From the NCBI GenBank assembly GCA_002633005.1, contig NMRA01000513.1, positions 1 through 64,000 of the forward strand: a stretch of DNA of 64,000 bases, given 5' to 3'. The notes under the pieces were generated by a model. It made no database searches and was not told where the DNA came from. It worked only from the letters and a program-made list of their open reading frames with translations. Position 1 is the stretch's first letter. Each line of letters begins with the position of its first letter. Of the stretch, positions 39,377-52,196 are shown piece after piece. This DNA comes from Phoronis australis. Taxonomy: Eukaryota > Animalia > Phoronida. Position numbers and translations under genes: made by a program.

Positions 39377-40699
39377 ATTCATGAATGTGAATGGCTTTTG
39401 AAAGTCTCGATTCCAATTTCAAAACCCTGGTTTTAGTATTAAGATTATGCAATCTCACTTATGCATATCTCCGAAATGTGTATTTTCTGCACTGTTCTGC
39501 AAAACTGTTTTAGGGATTGATTTTAAAATGTTAGAATTTAACACGAGAGGTTGTTAAACTATGACTTTTATAACTTGTGTGAAGAAAGTCAAAGTTCGAT
39601 AAAAGGAATGTGAAATGAAATTTTAAAAACGTGTAATATTGTTTCTTTGATTTTATCTTAAAATTGAAACTCAAATGAAATTTTTGCTATGATTGTGCCT
39701 TTTTTGCTAATTTTTACTTACAGATAAGGCAAAGTCATCTAATTGATGGCAGGTTTGTATCAAGTCAAAGATTAATTGATCTCGTCTTCCTGCTTTCAGA
39801 AAATATGAAATTTTCGTTCTTAAATTCTGTAGTACTGTGGGACATTCCGTGGCCATAAATTTGCCAGGCGCGACCTCTGGTAGTTAGTGATGTAATACAA
39901 GTGTTGCATGTCATACCCAACTTGACATATCTGTCCATTGTGTACACCCCGTATAATGTTTATTGGTGAAGAGCGGTTGAACCGAGAACCAGTTTCATGC
40001 CCGTTATACATTAAATAAATCTGGTTCTCAAAATGCTAACAGGTTTAATACCTCTATCATTTTCTTTATCGTTTGTCAACTAACAGAACTTTGTTTTCAT
40101 TGTAAAGTTTCTCCACTGTATCAGTAAATGCTTCAACACTGTTTTTTATTTTTTAATTGAAACGCAGTTGTGCCACGTTAAGGCTGTAACTGTATAACTA
40201 GTATATATTATTTCCTTCTTAGTGCAAAACAGTACCGAAGTATTCGCGAATAAAACCAAAACTATACATGTATGCAAGCGAGACAGTTTTGAAGTTGCAT
40301 GTATCAAAAAGAGTAGTTGATTTACTATCTTTGCAGCTGGGTGTGTATTGTTGTAAGCACTTTTTGTCGAGTTGTTTTACGAATGCGTATCTTACATGTA
40401 CATTTTCGTGAACAGAATGTTTTGGTATACATGTAGTTGTGTCTGTTGTAGACGCTGACAATTGCATACGTGTATTTGCGTTGGCCCCACGTGGCTCTAG
40501 ATACAGTGTGCTGGTAAAATGCGATAGCTATACCTCGCTAAACTCGTCATCGTCTTCATACCATTAGTAATCATCTTACCCGCGATCTTGTGCTCATGAC
40601 AATAAATGCGCATGACCCGCCGCTTTTATGAGTCTCGAAGGCGACGAATTAGGCGAGGTACATGTATCTTGAACTAGACTAGTTACTTGTCTTAAAGTA

Positions 40700-41810
40700 A
40701 TTTTTTTTTTGTTTTTACCTACACTGCATTTCTGATTCGATCAACTAGAAATTTACGCTCATGTGTCTCAGATTATCTTTGTGATGTTGAACTGGTTGAA
40801 GTCGGACGCACGATGGTGGTGTCGTCATCATTTTCAGTCTGGTTTGTGGAGTCATAGGTCCACTCTTTCAGGGGTAAGTTTTCTTAAAAATAGTTTGTGC
40901 CTTAGTGTTCTACAACTTTCCTTTCTCGAGTTATTCAGTATGCTCCCGTGATTGATTTATGTCTACGTTTTTGAGTCGTATCTCTGGTGTAGCCTTGACA
41001 GATATTTCTGAAATTCGACAAGTGCGTCGATCTTCTCAAATGGTGCCATCTGTTTCTCGCTTCCACTTATCATTCTCGATATTTTCTGGTCATATGACTT
41101 CTTTTTTTCAGAAACCCTCGCTTCACTTTTATTGGTCTGTAGCTCTCGACCGCAATTCTGGTTCGATCGATATAATATTCACTGGCAGCATGTGCCTTTT
41201 CAGTAGCTCGAGAGCAATTGTTTTTGGTTGAGATCAGACGCTAGGGAGCGCTATAGTGGCCATTTTTCGTTTTCTGCTGTGTCGCTGGTGGCTATATTTT
41301 TGAATTTTGTTATGTTGATCAATCGTTTCAAGTGCTTTCATTCCTTTTCCTCTGTGACTTTCCGTTCTCGAGTTATTCCAGATTGCCGGAGGGTGCTCTT
41401 TATTTGGTCAATTACTCTCGCGCTAAAGGTCGCATTGTTCGTCTGATCAAGAAAAAAATTATGAAAACTGCGAGTCTCACGAAAAGCACGTTGCCTGTTG
41501 TTTTGGGGCGAACTCGGATACAAGATGGCTACCTGAAAACTTTCTTGAACTAATTGCTTGTAGAGCTCTAGACATAGTTTGGGAGGATTCTTTTGATAAT
41601 TGCGTGTGTGGATAGATCTCTTCAAGTACTGTCTGTATGTGTCTTCTGTTTCTTGCTTCGACTTTCTGTTCTCAAGTTATGCGAGAGCTTCTCTGCTTTA
41701 TTTCCTGATTCTGCAGTGCACTTTTGTTGGTTTAACGCAGGTGTCACGTGTGTGAGGGTGCCGCTTGTTGCTCAGTGGTCTTGATTTCGTCGTCGACCTC
41801 ACCCGTCTAA
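40700..41810 (-). mobile_element. Decayed retroelement-like ORF (possibly a Penelope-like N-terminal region) ending in a minus-strand A-run
   Basis: Minus-strand K/R/Q-rich frames (CLELYKQLVQ...FFLDQTNNATFSARVIDQIKS), strong purine bias and a T-run at ~40700; no RT motif seen. Confidence 0.3.
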
Positions 41811-44183
41811 CTTTTTCCATTCGACCTCCTCAGCTGTCCCTCCTCACAGCGTATTCGAAAATGTCAATGCATATCGGGACCAGGGCGATATATTGCCTTA
41901 AATTACATTAATGAGTATGTGTGCGTTGTATTGTGTAGATTAGGAGTGTGGTTGCAACAAGCAACATTATAATCCATAGAAAATAAAATAACCTTCTTTT
42001 GTAATAAACGTTTTGCCAGTTAAACCACCTTGTTGCTGCCTCTCTCAAGTGTGAATAAACATATACGTGAAAAAAGAACAGTTGAGCGTGTCACTTACAT
42101 AAACACATGTTGGACGTTTCTGCAAATACCTGTACTGCGAACTGAACTCGTGGATCAACATCTCGCTTCGATAACCTCTAAAGCGTGAACCTTTTTACGG
42201 TTTGTAATTTTTGGAACATCCGTCGTCCAAGCCAAGTGTGGGCTACAAATGAAGGACTACGCTCTTTCTACCATGTTTCTTTTCATTATTATTCGGAAGT
42301 GCGACATCCCACAATCATTTACAACGTGACGTATGCGCCTATCAGTAAAAGAGCAATGTTATTGAGGCCTATGAAAATCATACGTTTCAAGTTTCCCTCT
42401 TGATCTCAGAGCCGAAGCAGAAAATGAAAAAAGACAGAACACAAACATACATGTACAGCTATGGTTTTGCACTAATGACTATACACTCTTTCACGTAGCT
42501 AAAAGTAGCACTGTGAAATGTTGTTTATTATGGCTTCTCATTGATTTAAGTAATGAAACTGACGTCATAACATTCAGTCATTCTCATTGGTTGAAATCTT
42601 GGAAACTGGCGACCGCCTTTGACTTGAATGGTTTCTATTCGTTAAAACGGGCAGTGATCGAAATAAACAAACTCAAGGGAACACCGATCCCGCGACTAAG
42701 CCCAAACAAGTACAGCGCATAGATGGTGTATGCAAATTTCCGACCAATCATGGGCATTGGTGCCCACACACGGAATTCCGTCTGTCGTCCATCATGTTTC
42801 CAAAAGGGCCACTTTTCAGTATAGGTGGCGCTGTGTCAGAGGGTAAATTGACGAAGGCATTTTCTTCCCCTTGGTTGAGACACAAAATGTGTATATTTTA
42901 CAATTTTGCGAACGGCTGGCTCACTTCTAACGGGTTACTGCCTCGTCGTTACAATGGACGTGTACTCTACATTTGGACAAAAAAGCATCGTTTCACCATT
43001 GTACATGTGCATGTGTATAGCAAAACCCTCACTCATACATGTAGTATTTTGTAAGCTCGCAATTTACTACTTGCGGTCATTACCCGTATATGTATACCTA
43101 GTTGTCAAGGCAACTATTACTTATATTAAACTATTACTTATATTAACTATACAGAATAATTTGAAATTTCAAGTATTCTATCAAAAATAAACTCTTTCAA
43201 AACATAAAAATATTCTGTTGTAAACCTCTTCAAGAGATAAAACTAGTTCACATATTCATTCAACAACCTGTAGTGGCATGCACGAGTAAAATCAAAGCAT
43301 TGACAACAGAACATTGCGAAACCTTAAATCGAAAGCTGTGCAAGTATTATTACCATACATCATTAAACAAACGAAAACAAAATAGTGCCTTAGACGTTTG
43401 TTGGAGCCTTGTGGCATCGTTGAAGTGTAACAGGCTTTGTGAACATTTTGAAGAATCTCTTAGATGCTGACTAACTGTGGATTGTTTTGTTTTTACAACA
43501 TTTGTACGCTGAGCCTCGTACATGAACTAAATCATACGTCACTATGAACTTCTCTGAACACATATTGCAGCAGATCCCATATGTTAAAGGGTAAATGAGT
43601 ATTTTACATGCAGTTAGATTAATAAATGTTGGCGGTAAAGTAAAAAAGAATTTCAGGCATACAGAGCTATAGCAGCAAAATACTGGCTGTCTGAAAAGCA
43701 CAATCTTCAGGTGACACCAATTTTTTAAATGTCGGCATTGTACAGCCTTTCAAGGTCTCTGCAGAACTCGGCAGTCCGCACTTTTTAGAGTACCGAGACT
43801 TGTTATAATCCATTAAATTGAGGGATCTGTCCACAACAGGAACTGATGACTGGTACAGTGTTGGTGGACGTGGGCATTAGCTTCTAAGAATTACAATCTT
43901 TTCACTTCATCATGCATGTTTTCCAAGTCTTCTTCTGTACTAAAAAAGTTGAGAAATATCCAGTTAGAGGGTATCAATTAAACTGATAAAATTTGAATTT
44001 GGTATCGAGCTTGTCGCTCAGGAAATAAATGAATGCTTTCTTAGTTAATTAGCCATCGACTTTAGAGCAATTAATAAGAGCATTAATAGGGTATTATTCG
44101 CTACATTACTGAAAACTCCAGAAATGGGAAAACTACCATAAAACTTGTTTGAAGTCTATTCATTAAAGGAAAACAATGAGTAG

Positions 44184-44260
44184 AATGCATGGGTATTAGT
44201 GACAATGCATGGGTGTCAGTGACAATGCATGGGTATCAGTGACAATGCATGGGTATCAGT
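44184..44260. repeat. 20-bp minisatellite (aatgcatgggtatcagtgac), about 4 units
   Basis: Head-to-tail units without spacers. Confidence 0.9.
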
Positions 44261-47198
44261 AATCGTGACAAGGCATTTTATCTTTCTCATAACATGATAT
44301 TGCCTACGTCTATGAACGTACGCGATGTTTCATTAGAAATGTAATTTACATTATTTGGCCCATGGGAATATGATCCAGCTGCAACATACATTTAAAGGTA
44401 TCAAATTCATAACCTCTGAAGTACTGAGTTTGAAGGGCGTTCACCAAGTAGCTTATGCCGCTCAATAGGGCCTACTCATCAACCAAAGTCACGGTGAGCA
44501 AAATTTCACTTTCCATAGAATTGCACTTTAGTCAGTGAAAGCCAAAAATGTCAAGCATCTCGTTAACTCAAGCTGAAATTTGATTTTTAAACCTATTAGC
44601 GGAACAGTTTGTACATTTAACCAGTATGGTTATATCAGAACATACTGTAGAGACACTACTGGTAGATGACTGGTGGCGATGGCAAACCTCTAGTATCCAA
44701 TACATCTCTTACTCTGTGCCTAACTCAATTATTTAGTTTTAGTTCATGTAACCAAAATAAAAATTCACTTCTCTCAATCAAATATGTCCAATGCTCTGAT
44801 CTGAGAATTTTAAGACAGAATCGTAAAAACATGTTTCTAAGTCTCAAGTAATTAAAGTAAACGAAATATGTTAGATCAAAACACGATTAACTGGCAGTTG
44901 TTTTAGCACTAAGCACATGCAGGTTTTGTTCTGCAACCCAACCTAATTTTGAAATGTTTGCTCAGCTACATAACTTCCATATCCTTGATCAGCTGAGTCA
45001 GTTGGAAAAGAACTTCTATTTTGTTCGTAAAACCAAAGCTACTCATTCATGAATGAGACCTAAGTTACTTAATTTAATTGGCATAAATACAGTTGAAATC
45101 AAAAACTCGCCAATTAATCTATGCAGTTCTTCACTGCCCATGCACAGTTTATGCTGAGCCAAAACTGTTTGAAAGGGTTTGAAGCGCTTAATGGTCACTT
45201 TCCAGGAATATACATGTAACCTTGACAACCAATTGGTAACACCTATTTAAAATAAACATTGCTGGTAACTTGTTGTTAAATCAAACCATACGGATATTAC
45301 CTAAGTCCTGAAATTCAATAGCTATTCAATACAGATTAAAAATTCTCTAAGTGCTGAAATTTAATTGCCATTCAACAGCCGTTCAATAGCCATTCAATCG
45401 ACGGCATAATCAGGTTGGAGGATAGGGCTAATTGAACTTTCATTCAATAGACATATTCAATTGAAATTCAGTTTACTATTGAATTTTAATTGAATCTCAG
45501 TTGAAACTCAACTTCTCCTTTTCGTATAGGGGGAACCCTAGCAAATTTGATTTATAAACATATAGCACAAACACTTGCCAATGTTTGTGCTACATGACCT
45601 TTGAAGGCAAACGTCTTTTCTTATAGCACGTTATGGAAATGACCTATGAATAACAATAGTTCAGTTTGTGTAACTGTATTTTTATCAATTGTAGCGGTTT
45701 GGAAAAAAGAAAGCATCTGGCTAACAATTTTTGAAATTGGCTAAAAGTTTTCAGATGCCTTAGCCATTTTGGCTAACACCTTTAGAAGTCTAGCGCAAGC
45801 TTAGTTATAACATCACGACTTTGATGGGCGGCGCAGCACTGGAAAATTGGGAGATATAGCCCCCAATCTTTTATGGTGCGCCGCCCATGAGCAGTAGAGA
45901 CGGTGGTGCTCCCAGAGGGCCTTCATGCACCGGAAGCGGCTTTTTGGCGAATTACGCTTCTCACTGATTGAAACGATAGATCAAAGTCACGTTGCTGTGA
46001 GCAGTGAGTGCCTTTTGCACGCAGAAGGACAGTTTAAGAGGCTGTTGATGTCTTTAATCCCTTCCAATTCCAACAAATACATGTACTCCTGTAATCAAAT
46101 TCTTTTCGAGCTGCCTTTCATTCAGTTGCCCAAATTGGCAATTGTTTATTTTTACACTGCTTGCGTCAGGGGAGATGACGACTGAGGTTGTAGGCTATCT
46201 CCAGGTGTAGTGAAAAACTGGCCACGAAGGACTGCTCGAAAAATAAGTGGGTCTGTTCCAAACATTCAGTCCGAAGTCAAAATTAGCGCAAGATTGGTGT
46301 GGCCATACATGTAAGCTTCCTGTCCTTCGGCTTTGAGATCCTAGCCATTCTCCAAGCAGTAATGCTCAACTGCTGTCGGGAGAACACCCTCAAGCACTAA
46401 CCACTGACGAGTCCTAAGCGGAAGAATGATGTTGAAAAGCATCAAACTGTACGGCCACACGAGCAGCTGAACTTAGCGATGTTGCTTGATAACTCGCAAA
46501 CACAAATATATTAGTTCCAAGAAACACACTTTTCAGCTTGGTGGCTATGGTGCAGGGCTATCTCAGATTATGACTCCCGAGTTTCCTACGTCTGGCCGCC
46601 TTTGTCTCTGCACCTGCTGGATCTCAGCACTCTAGCGGTAGTCCCCGGAAATTGTTGTTTTCAAGCACATTTTTATTTTTTTTTTATTTATTTCAACCTA
46701 ATGCACATTATTTTGTTTCGTATCAGAGGTACATTTTTGTTACTCATAAGCCCTTGGCTGGCGTTCAGCTGAACTTCTCTTCCGGTCAAAATTCAGAGAT
46801 TCCATCGGCACATGGAAGGACACTGGATTACTGCCGGAACTCAAAGCCTTGGTCGAGCTGTTGTCACTAAAACTAAACTGTTGAATTACTTTTTGACCTG
46901 TACCTCTAGTATACACTATGTCTGTAGAATTAAAGAGAAGCTCATTTTGAAGTTGTTCAAACATGATATTTAGATTTATGAAGCTTTAAAAAAGAATTTG
47001 AGTTATTTTTGTAAATACCCTATTTTTGCAACTACCAAACCAGACTTGTAACCTTTTGTAACCATACCACGACTTAGTGATCATGCTACCTTCAAAATTA
47101 GATGAAACCTACATTTATTGAATGATACTACAAAAAATGTCAAGTTCATAAGAAGGTAGGCCTAATTTAAATGTCTTAATGGTGCAAACGGACAATTC

Positions 47199-47542
47199 CA
47201 TAAGCGGATTTAGGGGGGCAGGGGCCCCAGCTCCCCCACCCCCTTGGCTGCCGCAAGCAAAATGAAACAGCAAGAGCATGAAGCGTGAGGAAATATTGAG
47301 TTCAGTAACTAGGACCGGTAGCGGAACAGAGGTGCTCAGACCCTAGATCATCGCGGCTGAATCTTGTTCCTGTTTTTTTTTTTTTTTTAGTCCACCGATA
47401 GATTTTCTGAACAGAAGGTCCAACGGTCTACACCCCTGGCCCATGGAACGTTCGGGCAGTCTGTGCACATACAATCGCACTTTGCCCAATTTCACGAGGC
47501 AACATATGTTGGGCCCCCTGTGGTATCCTAGATCCGCCACTG
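47199..47542 (+). mobile_element. Medium copy of the hAT5-like MITE
   Basis: CATAAGCGGATTTAG ... CTAGATCCGCCACTG; exact 5-bp TSD aattc. Confidence 0.8.
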
Positions 47543-48818
47543 AATTCCAGACATTAATTTGACTTAAGACACTGACAGCCCTAAACCTACTGGAGCTAAC
47601 TGTTTGCCTAGGACGAGATGAGTGTGTACCTGAGCTATGAACCTGAATTTTTTGATCAAAATATTTCGTTACAAGATTAGAAAAGCGTTAACACTGCGAT
47701 CGAGTCGACCTAGTCAGAGAGTGCATGTGTTGTCTGTAATCTATGACCTACTTTACTCCAGGAGTCCCATCAGTTGTGACCTACTTTTCATTTGGCGAAA
47801 TTTAGCAGACGACAGAATAAAAATATCGGTGAATCTTCACTGATTTTATTCGAAAGATCATGAAATCTATGGAATCGTACAGATAATTCGACTTCATACC
47901 CAGCTTTACATGAACATATCGTATCCGTGGCCTTGCGGCGTGAAAATACGAAATCCCCCCAACCCCATTTGGCGAAGTGGGCAAAGAGGTCAGCGTCAGA
48001 GAAACAACAAGTCCAAGATAACCGAAACAAAAGTCCAAAAAGGCAAGATGGCAGGAATTCGACGGGAATAATCAATCCATAGCTCTGATCGTAGTACTCC
48101 CGTTTTTTTTTTTCACCCCCGTTTTTTTAGCAAAATGTCCACATTCTCAAAAATTCGAGCACCCTATATTTTAGGTTGGGTGCGCGCATGATAACCATAT
48201 TCAAAAGAGATACTATTCTTGTGATCATATGGGAAACAGTAACATTATTTTATAACTAACCATCAGGACTAGTCATTTTGTGTAATTCACAAATAGTGGT
48301 CTTCACGTTCTTCAAAATTCCACCCTTTCGATGGCGGTCAATCCTATAGTATTTTGTTCACATTTTTGGTTGTTTGGGTCGAATGTCTTGATACTGCTGT
48401 GCTGGGCACGAGTGTTTTGTATTTTTTGATGAATTTGAAATCTCATATTCCTCGTGATGTGACTTGGCAGTGTCGAATTTACATGTATAGGGAGACAAAG
48501 GGACATTTCCCCCGAACTGCTTCACCGACAGAGGGTCCCGTCTGAAATGGGACACATTAAAGTGTAATTTTCAAGGTCCAAGCATGTTAAATTGTAATAA
48601 TATCTTCAAGGTATTGTTATTTGGATATATTTTATTCAAATTCTCGTAAAATTGTATCTTTGATTAAAACTGCGAAAATAAACAGAATCCGCGAAATATT
48701 GACCTTTTAACACCGTGACATGGTGTTGGGGAACACAAAATAGATCATACACTGTATCTCGCAATGCAGTTCACAGCCATTATAACACAATACACGGGGA
48801 ACCAAGACCGTTTTAGCA

Positions 48819-48890
48819 ATGGCGCGTTGGTGTGTGTGCGCTAACTGTTCTGACACCACCCAGGTGGAAGGAGTGAGCCCATTTAAATTC
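48819..48890 (+). pseudogene. THAP-domain N-terminal fragment (DNA transposon relic)
   Basis: MARWCVCANCSDTTQVEGVSPFKF fits M..CxxxxC.......S.F.F; the rest of the domain is absent. Confidence 0.45.
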
Positions 48891-51429
48891 TCACTAGTTT
48901 TGATAGGGGTACAGATAGCAATGCCAGACGGTGTTTACATGTATAATACCAGTACTGGAAATTGTGAAAAGCTTTTGTGTATGGCATTCGGATGTTCGGT
49001 TTGTATCGATAAACTCCTGATATACATGCACTATGTTCCTATACTGAAACATTTCAATGTTTCTTTGATACAATGACTATAAATATTATGGCATAGCTTT
49101 TTTGGTAAATTGGATTTGCACTGAACAGTTGCTGCCTCATACAGTGCATCGGTGTAGAAAGACCTTCTTTAGTGGGGGTGAAAAGGTATCTGTTTGGGTC
49201 GTCAGTCTTTTCAGGCTACAATATCATCCAAATTGTACGACAGGATAATCACTTCCACAGAATTCGAACATTTTATTGGGATTTTTTTGTAAGTAGAGCA
49301 AGCACTCCCTCCACATTTCCCCACTTCCTACACATGTGCATACTTTTTTGCGTTTTCATGCCATGTCATCTAAAGCTATTGCATACTGGAGCTTTTGGGT
49401 TGAGAGTCAGTAGGATACTTTGTCGTGTTGGTTGATATCAGTAGAACTCGATAAGATGGTTCCAGTGAGACTGAGACATTTCATCAAAGTCAGAGTTATT
49501 TCCAGTCGTTAATGTGAAATTGATGCAAGCTAAACTTTCTAAAGTTCCCATTGAAGCACTACCAATTTAGAGAGTTCTGCTGTATAAGAAGGCGGGGGAT
49601 TCAGTCTCGACCTCAGATAATGGCCCAGATTTACTACGTAACAGCCATACTGTTGAATGTGTTCATTTCAAGCACACAAACTGGACTCCAATGAGACCGA
49701 TTCCTCTGTTTACCTAGGAAAACCATAAGTTTAACTGATGTTGAGTTAAGAGGTTTATAATGTAGTCCCAGTTAAATTACACTTGTCGTGACCATGTCAT
49801 TATAATAAACTAGATTGATAAGCATCAATAAATGCTGCTCCCTGTGTTAATTATTTACCATTCTGAAACCATAGAAGTCTTCATGGAATGCCATCTTCAA
49901 TTTCCTGCCGCTGAGGTTGCGCTGCGATTGCATTCGTTTGTTACGATGTTTGTTCTTTCTATGGAATTTGTCTCTACATTTTGCAACTCATCCGAATTAC
50001 ATAAAGATAGACACCGAGTCATAAGTTTTAGTAAGAGAATTCATAGGTGCAGGAGTTGGCATTCAAGGGCTAAGACAACTGTCGATATCTATAAATATAT
50101 GAAACTAATGAGAAAATCCGCGGAACTCAAAGTCCTCCTCATTTTCTAGCGAAGGGTAGAAACCTCTTATGCAGGCTATTGCGCATGCTGGAATGACAAC
50201 ACCGACAATTCGTCCTAAGCGACCGTGTACCCATCTTTGGAACTGTAGGCAACTAGTCGCATCCTTTCATCCAAGGGTCAGTCACAGTCAACAGAATATT
50301 GACTTTTGTATTGCAGCCATGGCGTCTCCAAAACATCACGACTGATGCATATTGGTTTAAAACCTCCTGCTCCACAAAACATTTTTTTCTTCTCTATAAG
50401 TTGTCATGCTTCATTTCTTCGTCCAGTTTTGCAACAAACCTGTCGACCTCTTGACGCTTTCTTCAACAATTGGGGTTTATCTGATAGTTGCCACAGGTAA
50501 ACCTGCAAGATGTGTCAACTATAATACATTACTTCAGTGAACACCAAAATTTCCAACTGAAAAAATTACCAAGAGTGCCTCCGCCAAATTAAATTGAGGT
50601 GGCTGCATACGACTTGAAAATTGATTGTTCAGAGTAACCCCCCCTTGAGACCCACCCCCCTTGAGGAGCGACCCGTTTACAACAGAACAAAAATTATACC
50701 TGTTTCCAAAAAACAAACTTTGAAACATCACAACCTATTTATTTTTCATACAAATTGATTATGTATAGTAAAAATACTTGTCATACAAATTAATAGTGCT
50801 ACACCCAAGGCAGTGGTAGATTATGTCCGGAGGATTTAGTAACGGACATTAGTTGATTGATTTTTAACTGACCCTAAAACTCAAGGTTTTTACCCTGATT
50901 CATTGATAGAGAGGATTGTTTTGTAAATAGTCGTGAGACCTGTTCTCCCAATCTGAACCCTAACGGCAACCACATACCGTCAAGCAAACTAGACAATGCC
51001 AGTGGGGCAAACCAACTTGAAAAGCAGTGTTGTCACTCAAATAGTTGCCAGTATCCTAAATATTACTGTAAAGATTTCCTAAAACTATATGCTATATGGG
51101 CAATTACCAATCCAATGGGATGCCCTCTATAATTTGTAGAAACTTTACCAAGCAATTCCTACCCAATTCGTCTCGTACCCAGGCCATGTACATGTACCTT
51201 ATTTCATTTATAAATAACGGCAACATTGGGTCAATGTACATATAATATATGAAGTGTTTTTTTTCGATTTCAAGCATCGCCTTACAGAATAAAACTGTTT
51301 TGGAAAACAAGTGGGTCCGAGTTGGCTTGGCCCTTGAGTACGAAAATGAAATGACCTGTTCTATAACCTATAGAATTATCGCCCCCCTCCCCCAGCTCTG
51401 AGGTAAGAAAGTTTAAATTATAAAATTGC

Positions 51430-51655
51430 CCTTCATTTGTCCCCTTCTTTACACTTCGCGGTCGAGAATTCCAAAGTGGCTCTCATTCATTACATTGCAT
51501 ACATTAATTCACTCACTAGTAACACCAAACTCAGTCTCAGAGGAGCAGGAGACACATTTGTCCAATGCTCAATGGTCTGCCAGTGAAAGCCAGGATTCGG
51601 ACCTGGGTCTCACAAACGGGAGTTCGGAGCTGAAACCATTGAGCCATAATTTCGA
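51430..51655 (-). repeat. tRNA-derived SINE-like copy
   Basis: Minus strand tggctcaatgg (A-box) ... ccaggtccgaatcctgg (B-box-like T-arm); 3' boundary uncertain. Confidence 0.5.
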
Positions 51656-52149
51656 CAAATAATCAGAGAGCAAACACTTTTGAGTGATTTGCTAAAATGC
51701 AAAAAAATCCCAGTTTTTATCACTGAAACTGGTATTTATCCACGGCTGAAACACCATTCACCAGTGGGGACTTGGGCGCCTGGGACTGACGGGTAAAGCT
51801 ACTTAATTTTGTACTAAAAAGGACCAAGTAATAGTTCGCTGTTGTAGGATACATATTAATAACATTCTCATCAGTCACTAACATCCAATGGCAACTCCTG
51901 CCTACCTTCAGCCCGTGGATGTTCCTTGGACGAACCGGCTGGGGCTGAGTCTTCGACGACCGGAACAAGAGGATCGAGGCTCCAGTACAGAAAAGCTGAG
52001 AACACAAATTGTTCCTATGGGATCTATCACCTCCTCTCCCATGTCCAAAAGGTCGAAATCATCTGAAAATTCCACCTGTCCGTCCCTGTATCTTTCAAAG
52101 TATTCCTCACCTAGGCTGCTGTACTATCTTGGACACATATTGTTTTCTT

Positions 52150-52196
<47 letters not shown>

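Noticed and set aside
44184-44260. Repeated 20-mers resembling a CRISPR array
   Set aside because: Units are contiguous with no unique spacers, and the context is eukaryotic with no cas genes
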